Virus record (IMG/VR): IMGVR_UViG_3300032236_001129
Coordinates: 1 to 64,000 of that record
Origin: a virus
Strand: one strand, 5' to 3'
Length of the DNA stretch: 64,000 bases
Both the position numbers and the translations under genes were made by a program. The notes below the pieces were generated by a model. That model made no database searches. It was not told the DNA's origin and saw only the letters and a program-made list of their open reading frames with translations. Below are positions 53,717 through 63,559 of the stretch, in pieces (positions within the stretch are counted from its first letter, which is position 1; the number at the start of each line of letters is the position of its first letter).

Positions 53717-54114
53717 TAACCGATCCTATCTACGATTACATTTGGATTGAAGCCGCCACCTTGGCCTACTTGCTTTGCTTTCTGCGTAGGTGTGCCGGAA
53801 GATCCAGCAGGCATTCCTGCTCCAGATCCTTGCTGCATTACCGGATAGCCACAGTCATAGCAACGCATACGTTGCGTACCTACTGGGGCAAAATAATTTC
53901 CAGAGTTACACTCGGGGCAACGATCTGCCTTCTTTGCACTCTGAGCTTTGGTAGTTAACTGATCGGTATTTGGATCATAGTTAACCTGAAGATTGGGCTG
54001 TTGTGGCTGTGGTGTATACGGAACCTGAGCGTTAGGAGTGCTTTGCACACCAGGTTGACGTGGGTTCTGATTACCGAGCTTGTTAGCCCACCAGTTTTGA
54101 TTACTCATATTCAT
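53716..54114 (-). CDS. Zn-ribbon hypothetical protein
   Basis: CPECNSGNY..RCYDCGYP. Confidence 0.7.
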   Translation of the reverse strand: MNMSNQNWWANKLGNQNPRQPGVQSTPNAQVPYTPQPQQPNLQVNYDPNTDQLTTKAQSAKKADRCPECNSGNYFAPVGTQRMRCYDCGYPVMQQGSGAGMPAGSSGTPTQKAKQVGQGGGFNPNVIVDRIG

Positions 54115-54529
54115 GTCCTGCCTTTGATTCTAGTAGTCCTAAATCAAATAGAGTTGAGATGCACGAGATGGAGGAAGACAGAGCAACGATCTTAAATAGA
54201 GCTGTCATCTTGTCAAGAGACTCGTCATTGATATCTAAAGCTTCTACATCGTTATCATCTAGGACGTAGGCTGCTATAGATATGCGAGCTGCCATATCTG
54301 AGTGCGAATCAATAAACGGCAATAAGCTAGCAAAGCGTTCTAAGCGCTTTTGACTAGCTTGCTCTTCCATGTCTGATACCTCATCTGAAATTGGAGGCAA
54401 GCCCAAGGCATTAGCTATGCCTTCGGCTGGCTCCAACATCGTGTCATAGATAGCCTGTCGTATTAAGATAGGCAAGGGTATGTGCTTTACCCTGGTTCTC
54501 TGAGGTTTCTTCTTACGTTTAAAAATCAT
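54101..54529 (-). CDS. Hypothetical protein
   Basis: Likely start MIFKRKK. Confidence 0.6.
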   Translation of the reverse strand: MIFKRKKKPQRTRVKHIPLPILIRQAIYDTMLEPAEGIANALGLPPISDEVSDMEEQASQKRLERFASLLPFIDSHSDMAARISIAAYVLDDNDVEALDINDESLDKMTALFKIVALSSSISCISTLFDLGLLESKAGHEYE

Positions 54530-54657
54530 GGGCGAGATTCCCAACGCTTCTCGCAACGTGTGCAAAGGATAGTGAAATCCTGCTGCGTCCAAGAAATGCT
54601 ATACATCTTGTGCCCAAATACTCTACAAATAAACTGACTCACTTTGCTTCTACCCAT
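54526..54657 (-). CDS. Small CxxxGH..CxxC protein (43 aa, not in ORF track)
   Basis: ICRVFGHK...CTRC; coupled to the polA end. Confidence 0.5.
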   Translation of the reverse strand: MGRSKVSQFICRVFGHKMYSISWTQQDFTILCTRCEKRWESRP

Positions 54658-56632
54658 CTTTTGCTTCTCCCCATCTATTGACAATTTTAACATCTGCTAG
54701 AAGTGGGATATCTAGGGCTTTGATGCCTTCCATAGCTTCACGAATAGCGGCTGCTGTTTCTTCTATAATCTCTATAGGCGCAACTGTAACTAGTTCATCA
54801 TGAATAGTTAGGATCATAGCAGCACCGTCAGGAAGCAGGTTGTATGCCCGCACCATTGCTAGCTTAATAAGATCCGCAGCAGAGCCTTGAATAACTGTGT
54901 TGAACGCCTGACGTTCTGCACCAGCACGACGACCCATCTCAGGAGACAGAAGGTCTGGTAGATAACGACGACGGTTTAGATATGTAAGAGCATAAGGAAC
55001 CGGACCACGCCTACGAGTTTCAGCAATGACCTTCTTCTTATACTTAGCAATAGACGGAAACTTACGTCCAAAGCTGTCTAGCAGATCACGTGCTTCTCTA
55101 GAGGAAACTCCAATAGAAGTAGCAATCTTTTCAGGACCAACCCCGTACATCATTGCAAGTACGAGAGTTTTAGCAGCACTGCGATCTACTCCCACCGTGT
55201 TACCGATGGTGGTATAGATATCGACTCCATCAATATAGTTCTGACAAAGAACTCTATCTCCAGAGAATGATGAAAGAATGCGTGGCTCGATCTGTGAGTA
55301 GTCAGCTACAACAAGTTGGTAGCCCTCAGGAGCTACGAACAAGTTACGGATAGCCTTACCGTTCACAGTACGAGGGTTAGGTACATTCTGCAAATTTGGA
55401 TTCCGACTTGAAAAGCGCCCCGTGTCTGCACCGTACTGAATGAAGTCAGTATGGATGCGGCCTTTAAGGAGGAGAGATTTTTTAGCCACTGTTTTTGCTT
55501 TTCCACCTGTGGTGCGAGTGATGTCACCGCCTAGGTATGGAATCACATAAGTTGTAAGCAACTTATTCAAGTCGGAATAATTGAGTAGGGCATCAACTAA
55601 AGCATCCTTGCCCTGGAATGCTTTGAGCGCAGGCTCAGACACCGAGTAGTCTGAGATGACGGGAGCCAACCCCGCTTCGCTATTGCTGATGCCCTTAGGC
55701 GTAAGAAGGCGAGGTCGAAGCCCACGACCGCCATCTTGTTTGGATGAAAAAAGTAACTTCTGCTTTTCAGGAACACTGTTAATGTTAAAAGCTTTACCAG
55801 CTAGGCGATAGATATCAGCTTTAGTAGTCTCTAGCTGTAGCTCAAGGTTGTTCTTAAGAACCTTTAGAGCCTCGACGTCAATGTCTGCACCGTGTAATTC
55901 CATGCTAGAGATAACACGTAGCACATCCATCTCAAGATTAAATACACCACGCACACTATCACGATCTAGACGGGGTTCAAACTTCTTCCAAAGCTTCCAG
56001 GTCCACTCAGCATCTAGTGCAGCGTAGGTAGCAACATCGTCAAAGGTGTGGATTTCAATTTGAGCACCAACACCTTTGACCATGTTGTAATTGAACTCTC
56101 GTTTTAAGCAATCATCTAGCCCCAGAGCACGGCTATTCCGGGTGTCAAGAATAAAAGCTGCGTTGAGAGTACAGGCATATGGTTGAGCAGGAAGCCCACC
56201 GATGTATTTAGAAACACTTTGTAAATCGAACTTAAGGTTGTGACCAATTTTTAGATTGTCACTAAAGAATAAAGGCTTTAGAGCTTTGAATACTTCACCA
56301 GCTGTGAGTTGCTCAGGGGCTTCACTAAAAATCTTTGTGGCTTTACGCTCATCTTTACTGTAATCGATAGGGCGAATAGGCAAGCCCTTGATAAGACGAT
56401 CTTGGGCAGAAGGTAGCAAAGGATAATCAGTACGTACGTAGTCACCATTAGGGTGACCCATAGGGATAACATCAACACGGCCGTCAGTTGCGAGCGCAAT
56501 CCAAACGACTTGGTTCTGTCGTGGGTCTCCACGAGTATCGCCCATAGTTTCTACGTCAAAGACAAAAGCGTCTTTGTTTAAGTAGTACTCTACGAGTTCA
56601 GATAACTGATCCTCGGTTGTAATAATATTCAT
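54650..56632 (-). CDS. polA: Family A DNA polymerase with 3'-5' exonuclease
   Basis: FDVET, HNLKFD, YAALD; TGRFSSRNPNLQN, DYSQIEPR, K..YG, IHDEL. Confidence 0.95.
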   Translation of the reverse strand: MNIITTEDQLSELVEYYLNKDAFVFDVETMGDTRGDPRQNQVVWIALATDGRVDVIPMGHPNGDYVRTDYPLLPSAQDRLIKGLPIRPIDYSKDERKATKIFSEAPEQLTAGEVFKALKPLFFSDNLKIGHNLKFDLQSVSKYIGGLPAQPYACTLNAAFILDTRNSRALGLDDCLKREFNYNMVKGVGAQIEIHTFDDVATYAALDAEWTWKLWKKFEPRLDRDSVRGVFNLEMDVLRVISSMELHGADIDVEALKVLKNNLELQLETTKADIYRLAGKAFNINSVPEKQKLLFSSKQDGGRGLRPRLLTPKGISNSEAGLAPVISDYSVSEPALKAFQGKDALVDALLNYSDLNKLLTTYVIPYLGGDITRTTGGKAKTVAKKSLLLKGRIHTDFIQYGADTGRFSSRNPNLQNVPNPRTVNGKAIRNLFVAPEGYQLVVADYSQIEPRILSSFSGDRVLCQNYIDGVDIYTTIGNTVGVDRSAAKTLVLAMMYGVGPEKIATSIGVSSREARDLLDSFGRKFPSIAKYKKKVIAETRRRGPVPYALTYLNRRRYLPDLLSPEMGRRAGAERQAFNTVIQGSAADLIKLAMVRAYNLLPDGAAMILTIHDELVTVAPIEIIEETAAAIREAMEGIKALDIPLLADVKIVNRWGEAKDG

Positions 56633-56709
56633 TGCTCTCCTGTGAGTAGGTTAGGGAGCCGGTAGAAAGGAGGTTCAAAAACCCGGCTCCCCAACATTAG
56701 TGGGATAGA

Positions 56710-57414
56710 TTAGTTAGCAGCAGCGATTTCTCGTGCTACATCAGCGAGCTCTTCCTTAGAGGACATGTAGAGTGCCTCAGGACCAAATGGCTTAAGAGTC
56801 TTGATGTATTCAGCTGTTGCTACTGGATCGATATCCCAATCCTCAGCGAGATCACGTTCCTTAACAGGAACGACAGAGTGAGTAGTCTTGGTACCAGTAC
56901 CAGACTTACTTACTGCGTAGTACAAATCTGGGCGATTGAGTGGGCCGGTCTTTGGATCAGACGCAAGCTTCTCAAGCTGCTTACAGAGACGTACACCTAC
57001 GATCATTAGTTCAAGCGATGGGCCTTCTGGATCAGAAAGGTTAAGCACTGTGAATGCAAACTTCTGTGATGGCACGCTACCTACTGCGATGAGTGGGTCG
57101 CCCTCACCAACAGAGATGAATGACTTCTTGCCTGGACGGTTAACCCAGTGTTGCATGAAAGCCATTGGCTCTGATGAGATGAACTTAACGAGTTGTAGAT
57201 CTTCATCAAACTTAAAGTCGGTAGCGAACTTGCTGTTCTTTACAGTAGCCTGCTTGGCTGCAGCCCAACCGGTTTGGATGATAGATGAATTTGAAGAGGT
57301 AGTTGTTTCGTCCTCTTCGATAAAAAGATCTTCTTCAGTAACAGAAGATGTTGTTGTGTATGAGTCTACGTTTGGAACGTCTGACTTATTGGCACGAAGT
57401 GATGTTGCGGTCAT
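56710..57414 (-). CDS. Single-stranded DNA-binding protein (gp32-like)
   Basis: VKF..QHWV..SKSGTGTKT; sits next to polA. Confidence 0.6.
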   Translation of the reverse strand: MTATSLRANKSDVPNVDSYTTTSSVTEEDLFIEEDETTTSSNSSIIQTGWAAAKQATVKNSKFATDFKFDEDLQLVKFISSEPMAFMQHWVNRPGKKSFISVGEGDPLIAVGSVPSQKFAFTVLNLSDPEGPSLELMIVGVRLCKQLEKLASDPKTGPLNRPDLYYAVSKSGTGTKTTHSVVPVKERDLAEDWDIDPVATAEYIKTLKPFGPEALYMSSKEELADVAREIAAAN

Positions 57415-57440
57415 GTTGGTCTTCTTTCATAGGTCGTTGG

Positions 57441-57911
57441 TCAGTTAACTTCTTGATCGTGAATATGTTTCCAAGTATCCATCAGTTCTAGTGATAGATC
57501 TGGATGCCTATTCCAATCGATTCTTGGAGCTTCTATAAGCCCACGGGCTTCAAAAGCTTCAATGGTAGCTTCTACTATTGCTCTGCTGTACATTCGCCAA
57601 CCTGGCTTCTTTACACCATTTACAATAGGAGACTTTAGTCTATAAGGTGCACGAGGAATATATCCCTTGCGTTCCCATAAACGGATAGTCACTAGAGGTC
57701 TACCGAGTGCTAGAGCAAAAGCCCCTGCACTAAATAATTCTACCACATTTCCGTTAGGTAGTTTCTTACTTTGTGGGTCTGAATCCCACGAGCCTTCTTC
57801 TTTTACCTTAGGCTTTTTAGCCTCAGGGTTTAGAGGACGACGCTTTCTTTTAGAGCCTGGATAGTACTCATCGAGTTCCGATAGAAGACGATTTACTTGA
57901 TCGTCGCTCAT
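57441..57911 (-). CDS. MerR-like HTH DNA-binding protein
   Basis: FSAGAFALALGRPLVTIRLWERKGYIP..RMYS. Confidence 0.75.
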   Translation of the reverse strand: MSDDQVNRLLSELDEYYPGSKRKRRPLNPEAKKPKVKEEGSWDSDPQSKKLPNGNVVELFSAGAFALALGRPLVTIRLWERKGYIPRAPYRLKSPIVNGVKKPGWRMYSRAIVEATIEAFEARGLIEAPRIDWNRHPDLSLELMDTWKHIHDQEVN

Positions 57912-58170
57912 GGGAGTACCCTTCTGAACTCTTTGAATATACTTGGCGTTCATGATAGCTAGTAGGCTTTCTAGATGCCTTAGCCATCTGATCTTCACGC
58001 AGCTTCTTCCTTACAATTTCAGCTGCAGCTTCTTCCTCATTTAATACAGAACGTTCTTCTGAAAGAACAATCTCTACAAGAGTCTGAGCCACTTCTGCTA
58101 AACGATCTTCTTCTACATCAGGAAAGTTATCCTGAATAAAGTTTTCTAATAGTGGAGAGATAATCTCCAC
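57868..58170 (-). CDS. Hypothetical protein
   Basis: Probable GTG start MEIISPLL. Confidence 0.45.
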   Translation of the reverse strand: MEIISPLLENFIQDNFPDVEEDRLAEVAQTLVEIVLSEERSVLNEEEAAAEIVRKKLREDQMAKASRKPTSYHERQVYSKSSEGYSHERRSSKSSSIGTR

Positions 58171-58174
58171 GTGC

Positions 58175-58612
58175 CTAGGATTTGCTCGGAATGAACGCAT
58201 AAGACACCGCCTTAGGAAACATTGAGTCGATCTCTTCTTCGGTAAGAAGATCTTCGTACAAGCAAGCCATAACCTCTGACTCATCTAGAACAGGTACAAG
58301 CTTATAGCAACGATCAGTAAGACCCTTTTGCTTTAGGATTGCACGAGCAGTATCTTCGTCAAGCTTTTGTGTGACTCTGCGTTGACGCTGCAGGGACTGA
58401 TAGCCATCTACCTCTTCGGGTAGCGTGTACCAGATATGACCCTTTTCATCGGGCGTACCCTCATTATCCACAAGATCAGATAGCTCTGCCTTGAGGCTAG
58501 ATTGTTCTTTGGTTAGGTCTTCGATACGACCACGTAGACTTACATACTTACGCACCTTGGCAACAATTGGGTTACCTTCTTTAGGTGCTTCTCTTTCAAT
58601 AACTTTTGGCAT
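58175..58612 (-). CDS. Hypothetical protein (Gam/Gp157-like coiled coil)
   Basis: 145 aa; N-terminal coiled coil. Confidence 0.55.
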   Translation of the reverse strand: MPKVIEREAPKEGNPIVAKVRKYVSLRGRIEDLTKEQSSLKAELSDLVDNEGTPDEKGHIWYTLPEEVDGYQSLQRQRRVTQKLDEDTARAILKQKGLTDRCYKLVPVLDESEVMACLYEDLLTEEEIDSMFPKAVSYAFIPSKS

Positions 58613-58634
58613 TTGTTTAACCCCCCTATTAAAT

Positions 58635-58663
58635 ACTATACCACAGGAAAATTAGTCTTGCAA
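58635..58663 (-). promoter_or_regulatory. SigA-type promoter
   Basis: TTGCAA-N17-TATAGT with TG extension on the minus strand. Confidence 0.65.
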
Positions 58664-58807
58664 CTCCGGCTTAACGTAGTCCTTTAGGGCAGCCACGATT
58701 ACATCCGTGACTGTACGGCCATCGATCTGAGCCTTGTCTTTGACAGCGGTCCAGAGCTCGTTTGATACCCGGATGGTACGGGTCGGGGTCTTAGGTGCGT
58801 TTGGCAT
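58652..58807 (-). CDS. Ribbon-helix-helix DNA-binding protein (51 aa, not in ORF track)
   Basis: TPTRTIRVSNELWTAVKDKAQIDGRTVTDVIVAALKDYV. Confidence 0.8.
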   Translation of the reverse strand: MPNAPKTPTRTIRVSNELWTAVKDKAQIDGRTVTDVIVAALKDYVKPELQD

Positions 58808-58816
58808 CCCACTAGT

Positions 58817-60397
58817 TTAGACCATCGTCTCTTGAAGGAATGCTTTAAGACTACCCAAATTTAATTCAACTCCACCGGCCTCGTTGATACCCTCGCCATC
58901 CATAACAGCGTCAGCCACTGCATTCTTTTGCAACAACATATCGTGTTGTCGCTCTTCGATAGACCCCTCCATCAGGAAGTCTTGAATAACGATACTAGGC
59001 CACGTCGAAGATGCTCTGCGTATGCGGCCATTTCTTTGAAGAGCCAGCCCAGCGTTCCAAGGCAGATCATAGTTAATGAGTAGATTAGCTTGAGGCAAGT
59101 CCACACCATACCCACCGGCATCACTGCTAACAAGCACACGGCAATCTGGATCAGTTTGAAAAGTAACCTTAGCGTGTTCTTTATCTCTAGCATCTAGCTC
59201 TCCTGTATACAGCTGTGCGTTAAAGTCTTCAAGCTCACGAGCAATAAGCTTAGCCATATGTACATAGCTGGTAAAGATAACAACCTTATTCTTATCATAG
59301 CTTTCTAAGAATTCATATACATAGCGACGAAGAGCATCCATCTTTGGAGATCCCTTTAGATCATCAAGCTTGCCAGCCTCATCTAAATCATTTACATACT
59401 TTGATCCAGCTCCGTTGTCATACCGGTACTTGCCGGCTGATGTCTTAAGCAAAGCTGGCGCATCACAAAGCATTCTTAATGCTGTTAGTTTAGACATGAT
59501 CTTTCCCTTGAGAGCATTGGCTGCCTCATTCTGATTCTCACCAGAGTAGTGTGAGAATAAGTCAAAGGATGTGCCGTAGCTATCAATTGCCTGCTCTAGA
59601 TCATCTAGGATTTCACTGGCAATAAGGTTGTAGAGCTTTACCCCGGCCCGATCAAACGGCACACGGATAGGCTCAGCAAAGATAGTCTTAGGTAGGTAAG
59701 GTGCTACGTCTGGGTCTTGCTGACGCTTGCGTACACTGGCAGTAGCCATAGCAGTATTTAATGTAGGTAGATTGCGGTAACGCTCTACCCCACCAAAATG
59801 ATTACGAACAATAAAAGTCTTATCAAATAAATCAAAACGTCCTAGAACTTTAGGATCCACAAACTGCATGATGCTATAGAGTTCCTCAGGCTTACCGTTC
59901 TCGATAGGAGTTCCGGTAAGAGCATACTTAACTCTACTGTCTAACTTCTTTACATGCTTGGAGCGTTTAGATCTGAAGGACTTGATGGCTGTTGCTTCAT
60001 CGCATACGATGAATCCTCTGCAGAGCTTTGATACTTGCTCCCAGTCGTTAACAACTTGCTCGTAGTTGATAATGACGTAGTCAACGAGCGTATGGCCCCA
60101 GTCGAAAGCTTCTTCGTATTGAGCTTCTCGTTGCTTTGGGGTGCCATCAATGACCAAAGGGTTTGCAGTACCATTTGTAAATTTCCTAATCTGTTCAGCC
60201 CATTGATACTTAAGGCTTGATAAACAGATAATGATACCAGGCTCTGTAATTTTTTCTTGTTCTTTTAATTTTTCTAGTGCAGCAATAGTAAGAACAGTTT
60301 TACCCAGGCCAAGGTCGTAGGCCACCAGCATCTTCTTGCGGGCGACCATAGTCTCTACGGCATCAACCTGGTAAGGTAAAAGTGTTCCTGTGAACAT
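58817..60397 (-). CDS. SNF2-family helicase
   Basis: DLGLGKT, CDEAT, LTGTPIEN, GVDL, QRNGRIRR. Confidence 0.92.
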   Translation of the reverse strand: MFTGTLLPYQVDAVETMVARKKMLVAYDLGLGKTVLTIAALEKLKEQEKITEPGIIICLSSLKYQWAEQIRKFTNGTANPLVIDGTPKQREAQYEEAFDWGHTLVDYVIINYEQVVNDWEQVSKLCRGFIVCDEATAIKSFRSKRSKHVKKLDSRVKYALTGTPIENGKPEELYSIMQFVDPKVLGRFDLFDKTFIVRNHFGGVERYRNLPTLNTAMATASVRKRQQDPDVAPYLPKTIFAEPIRVPFDRAGVKLYNLIASEILDDLEQAIDSYGTSFDLFSHYSGENQNEAANALKGKIMSKLTALRMLCDAPALLKTSAGKYRYDNGAGSKYVNDLDEAGKLDDLKGSPKMDALRRYVYEFLESYDKNKVVIFTSYVHMAKLIARELEDFNAQLYTGELDARDKEHAKVTFQTDPDCRVLVSSDAGGYGVDLPQANLLINYDLPWNAGLALQRNGRIRRASSTWPSIVIQDFLMEGSIEERQHDMLLQKNAVADAVMDGEGINEAGGVELNLGSLKAFLQETMV

Positions 60398-60942
60398 TAA
60401 ACTAGGAGCCCCTGCATTCTTGTCTTGACCATAAGTTCTAGGTCTTCGATGGTTCCATTGTTAGTAAAGATTTGGTCTACCTTATACCCATCCATCTGTG
60501 ACTCTGATACATGAGCGTTAACAGCATCTATGCCTACACGCTTTACACGCCACAGCTGTGAGTTTGGGAATCCCTTTACATAGTCCGCTTCGTTGGTAAA
60601 GCGAACATCGGTAACCACAATATTATCCGAAGGAGTATAGGAACTTAAAGCCTGCTTAACCCAGAAGTCTTCCCCGAATACTTTACGAGCAGCTACTCCT
60701 GAGTTCTGAAGTAGGCGGCGAATATGTGGAGATTGCTTAGCCTTTTCCCAACCGTCACGGTCTACCCGTGCCTTAACAAATACTGGCTCTCCAACTATAG
60801 AGTCAAACATTGGATTAGTCTCATAAAGAAAGTCACGAATCTTGTCAGCAAATGCTACACGGGTATAACCAAACTGATCCACAAGGATTTTAGCTACTGT
60901 GTCTTTGCCTGACTGTGCGTATCCTGTTAGTCCGATAATCAT
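60397..60942 (-). CDS. Deoxynucleoside monophosphate kinase
   Basis: IIGLTGYAQSGKDT..FAD..R..LQ..VTDVRF.NE..H.SE. Confidence 0.88.
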   Translation of the reverse strand: MIIGLTGYAQSGKDTVAKILVDQFGYTRVAFADKIRDFLYETNPMFDSIVGEPVFVKARVDRDGWEKAKQSPHIRRLLQNSGVAARKVFGEDFWVKQALSSYTPSDNIVVTDVRFTNEADYVKGFPNSQLWRVKRVGIDAVNAHVSESQMDGYKVDQIFTNNGTIEDLELMVKTRMQGLLV

Positions 60943-61904
60943 AAAAATGCCGCCTCCCCGAACACTGAATGTTTTGAACCCTCTATACAATAGTGTACCA
61001 AATCTTCTGGCATGTCGCCAATATCTTTGTACTCGCTTCCTTGATAGTTCAAGAACCAGCACTCCATACCTTCTTTGCGAGTTCTTTCAAGTAGATCTAA
61101 AGATGCTTTCTTACCGGCAGCATCGTTATCCATTGCGATAATCAACTTGTCTGCTTCCTTCATCAGCTGGATCTGCAGATCACTGACTGAAGCACCGAAG
61201 GTTGAGACTCCTCCAGCTACTCCCAATGATGCTAGGCGTACGCAGTCTAAAGGAGACTCAACTACAATCATTGTTCCGCCGGTAAATACGTCAAGACCAA
61301 ATAAAGTTCTGGACTTGCCTACTCCAGTAGGACGGTTACGGAAGAAGCGTTCTGTTTGACTCTTCTCTTGCCAACCCATAAGCGTTTTAGATTGTGGGTT
61401 ACGAATAGGAGTGATCCAAGAATTCTTTTCTGGATTCCAACGCACACCATAATGAGCACAAGCATCTTCAGTAAGACCACGTTCCTCTAATGCCCAGTCA
61501 GGAACATCATCAAAGACAGCAAGGCGTGCCTCGCTCATGCTTACCGGAGCTGGAAGAGATATATAAGAGTTGCGAGCCTCTTCAAGCTGGCGAGCAAGGT
61601 ACTCAAAGTTAACTTCGATATTGCTACGAAGCCAATCCTTGGCAGCATCAAAGTCAACATGTCCCCATGGGGTAGTAAACTCTTTGATCTCACCAACAAG
61701 AGTAAGAAGGGTTCCTTTGTACCCGCATGAGAAACAGTGATGAACACCAGTCTCAGCATTCATAGACCAGGAGGGATTGTTATCTTCCCGGCCTGTGCGC
61801 TCCAAGTGCATTGGGCACCAAGCAATTAGCTCATCACCACGGTGATGATGAGTTTCAATACCGAGTGTAAGTAATACGCCTTCTACTGAGCCCTCTGCGT
61901 ACAT
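60939..61904 (-). CDS. DNA primase (CHC2 Zn finger + TOPRIM)
   Basis: CPMH..CFSCG; VVESPLD; MDNDAAG; KDIGD. Confidence 0.92.
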   Translation of the reverse strand: MYAEGSVEGVLLTLGIETHHHRGDELIAWCPMHLERTGREDNNPSWSMNAETGVHHCFSCGYKGTLLTLVGEIKEFTTPWGHVDFDAAKDWLRSNIEVNFEYLARQLEEARNSYISLPAPVSMSEARLAVFDDVPDWALEERGLTEDACAHYGVRWNPEKNSWITPIRNPQSKTLMGWQEKSQTERFFRNRPTGVGKSRTLFGLDVFTGGTMIVVESPLDCVRLASLGVAGGVSTFGASVSDLQIQLMKEADKLIIAMDNDAAGKKASLDLLERTRKEGMECWFLNYQGSEYKDIGDMPEDLVHYCIEGSKHSVFGEAAFL

Positions 61905-62113
61905 TATTCTTTCCAGATGTAAGTTGGGTTATCGATTGGTGTAGGAGCTGTAGCTAGAGTTCCGCACAAGGCGCACTCCATCTCTGTAAAGTACATAGCA
62001 ATCTCGTAGTCATCGAACATCGCTTGGATATTCCAGACCTTAGAACCGCATGGACATATATGTGTAGGCTCTCCTCGAAGATCCAACGCTAAGCTTTCTT
62101 CTTTTTCAATCAT
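61904..62113 (-). CDS. Zn-finger hypothetical protein
   Basis: CPCG..CALCG. Confidence 0.6.
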   Translation of the reverse strand: MIEKEESLALDLRGEPTHICPCGSKVWNIQAMFDDYEIAMYFTEMECALCGTLATAPTPIDNPTYIWKE

Positions 62114-62364
62114 CGTCTCGCCTTTCTGCGAATATTACGGCGCTCTTTAGGAGTGGTTCCACCCCATACGCCTTCCTTCTCGTTAATACTTAATGCATAT
62201 GCTAGACACTTGTCTTTAATCCAGCAATCGTTACAGACCTTCTTGGCCTGTGCTACATCTGATGGTTCGTACTCTTCTGGAAAGAAGATCTCCGTATCGT
62301 AATCAACACAGAGCTGAGTACCATCAAATGGATTGGACGCCAGCGAAAGCAGCATACTCTTCAA
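62110..62364 (-). CDS. whiB: Second WhiB-family protein
   Basis: LC..IFFP..AKKVC..C...CL..GVWGGTT..ER. Confidence 0.9.
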   Translation of the reverse strand: MKSMLLSLASNPFDGTQLCVDYDTEIFFPEEYEPSDVAQAKKVCNDCWIKDKCLAYALSINEKEGVWGGTTPKERRNIRRKARR

Positions 62365-63559
62365 AACGACCCTCCTCCCAATCCCATAGTAGATCTGTCG
62401 AACCCATACCTGAAATACGGCTAGCAGCCACAGTTAAGGAACGAGATGAATCATCTTCTTCATCCTGACGTTGTAGAACTAGAACTATGTCTGAGTCCTG
62501 CAAGAAAGATGATGTGTAACCAATTGAGTCTGCAGTAACCTTGCCCCCACGCATCTTAGAGCGCAGAGTCTGGGTACTAACTACAACTGGAATATCGTAA
62601 CGCTGTGCTACACGCTTCATTCCACGAGTAAGACTACGTAGTGAGCGCTCGCTTTCTGTTTCACCAGTCTCTTCATCAAACATAAGATACATACCATCCA
62701 CGAATAAGATATCAGGATTGTACTTCTCTACCTTTGCACACAAACCGGTAATAGTTCTAGAGGCCACTGTGTCGGGCATCCAGAAATCATCACGTGCGAT
62801 GCCTAAGTGATCTAGATAGCGTTGCTCTTCTTCTGTACGCAAAGCTCCCATGATCAAACGCTTATGCGAGATGTGAGAACGCATAGCATCGTAACGAGTT
62901 TTCATTTCACGAGCTGTCATTTCAAATGATTGAAACATTACTCGTTGGTTTTCATCCTGTGCTTTGATAGCCATCTGCATGGCAAGCACAGACTTACCGG
63001 TCTTAGGAGGAGCAGCAATTGTCCACAGCTGCTGCTTCATAACACCAGAAGTAATCTCATCGATAGTTCTAAAGCCAGTAGACAATCCAAGCAAACCATT
63101 GGGACGAGTCTTGATAGCCATGTACTCGTCGTAGCGCTGCATAGGATCATCGCTTAGGTTTTCATCTAAAGATTCTCGTTGGTTGTCGTTCATCAAGATC
63201 TGCGCTGCAGACGCCATGGTCTGTAGAGCTGTGTTGTGATCTTGCTGAGAGACTGCCTGCTGAGCTTCCAACAAAGCATCGATAGTCTTCTGACGCTTAC
63301 GGTATTCGATAAGCTGGTCAAGAAGGTATTCGATACTGTCTTCTACGGCATGCAGGACGTAGGTAGGAAAGTTATCCTTAACAGTTACGGCAGTAGGGAC
63401 TTCTCCATACTTCTCGTTATGCTTGGTAATGAACTTCCACACCTGCTTGTTGAGATCATTGAAGAACCAGTCTTCTTGTACCCCAGTCTCAAGCAGTGGC
63501 TTGATATCTCTATTGCGGATAGCTTTAGATAATAACCGCTCTTCGTTATTTGCTGCCAC
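62324..63559 (-). CDS. dnaB: DnaB-like replicative helicase
   Basis: APPKTGKS, SFEM, FVDGMYL, STQ, QDSD. Confidence 0.9.
   Translation of the reverse strand: MAANNEERLLSKAIRNRDIKPLLETGVQEDWFFNDLNKQVWKFITKHNEKYGEVPTAVTVKDNFPTYVLHAVEDSIEYLLDQLIEYRKRQKTIDALLEAQQAVSQQDHNTALQTMASAAQILMNDNQRESLDENLSDDPMQRYDEYMAIKTRPNGLLGLSTGFRTIDEITSGVMKQQLWTIAAPPKTGKSVLAMQMAIKAQDENQRVMFQSFEMTAREMKTRYDAMRSHISHKRLIMGALRTEEEQRYLDHLGIARDDFWMPDTVASRTITGLCAKVEKYNPDILFVDGMYLMFDEETGETESERSLRSLTRGMKRVAQRYDIPVVVSTQTLRSKMRGGKVTADSIGYTSSFLQDSDIVLVLQRQDEEDDSSRSLTVAASRISGMGSTDLLWDWEEGRFEEYAAFAGVQSI

Noticed and set aside
53139-53750. 203-aa plus-strand ORF
   Set aside because: Antisense shadow of recA with no RBS or motif; the same applies to 56936..57448, 3201..3632, 26599..27102 and similar track ORFs
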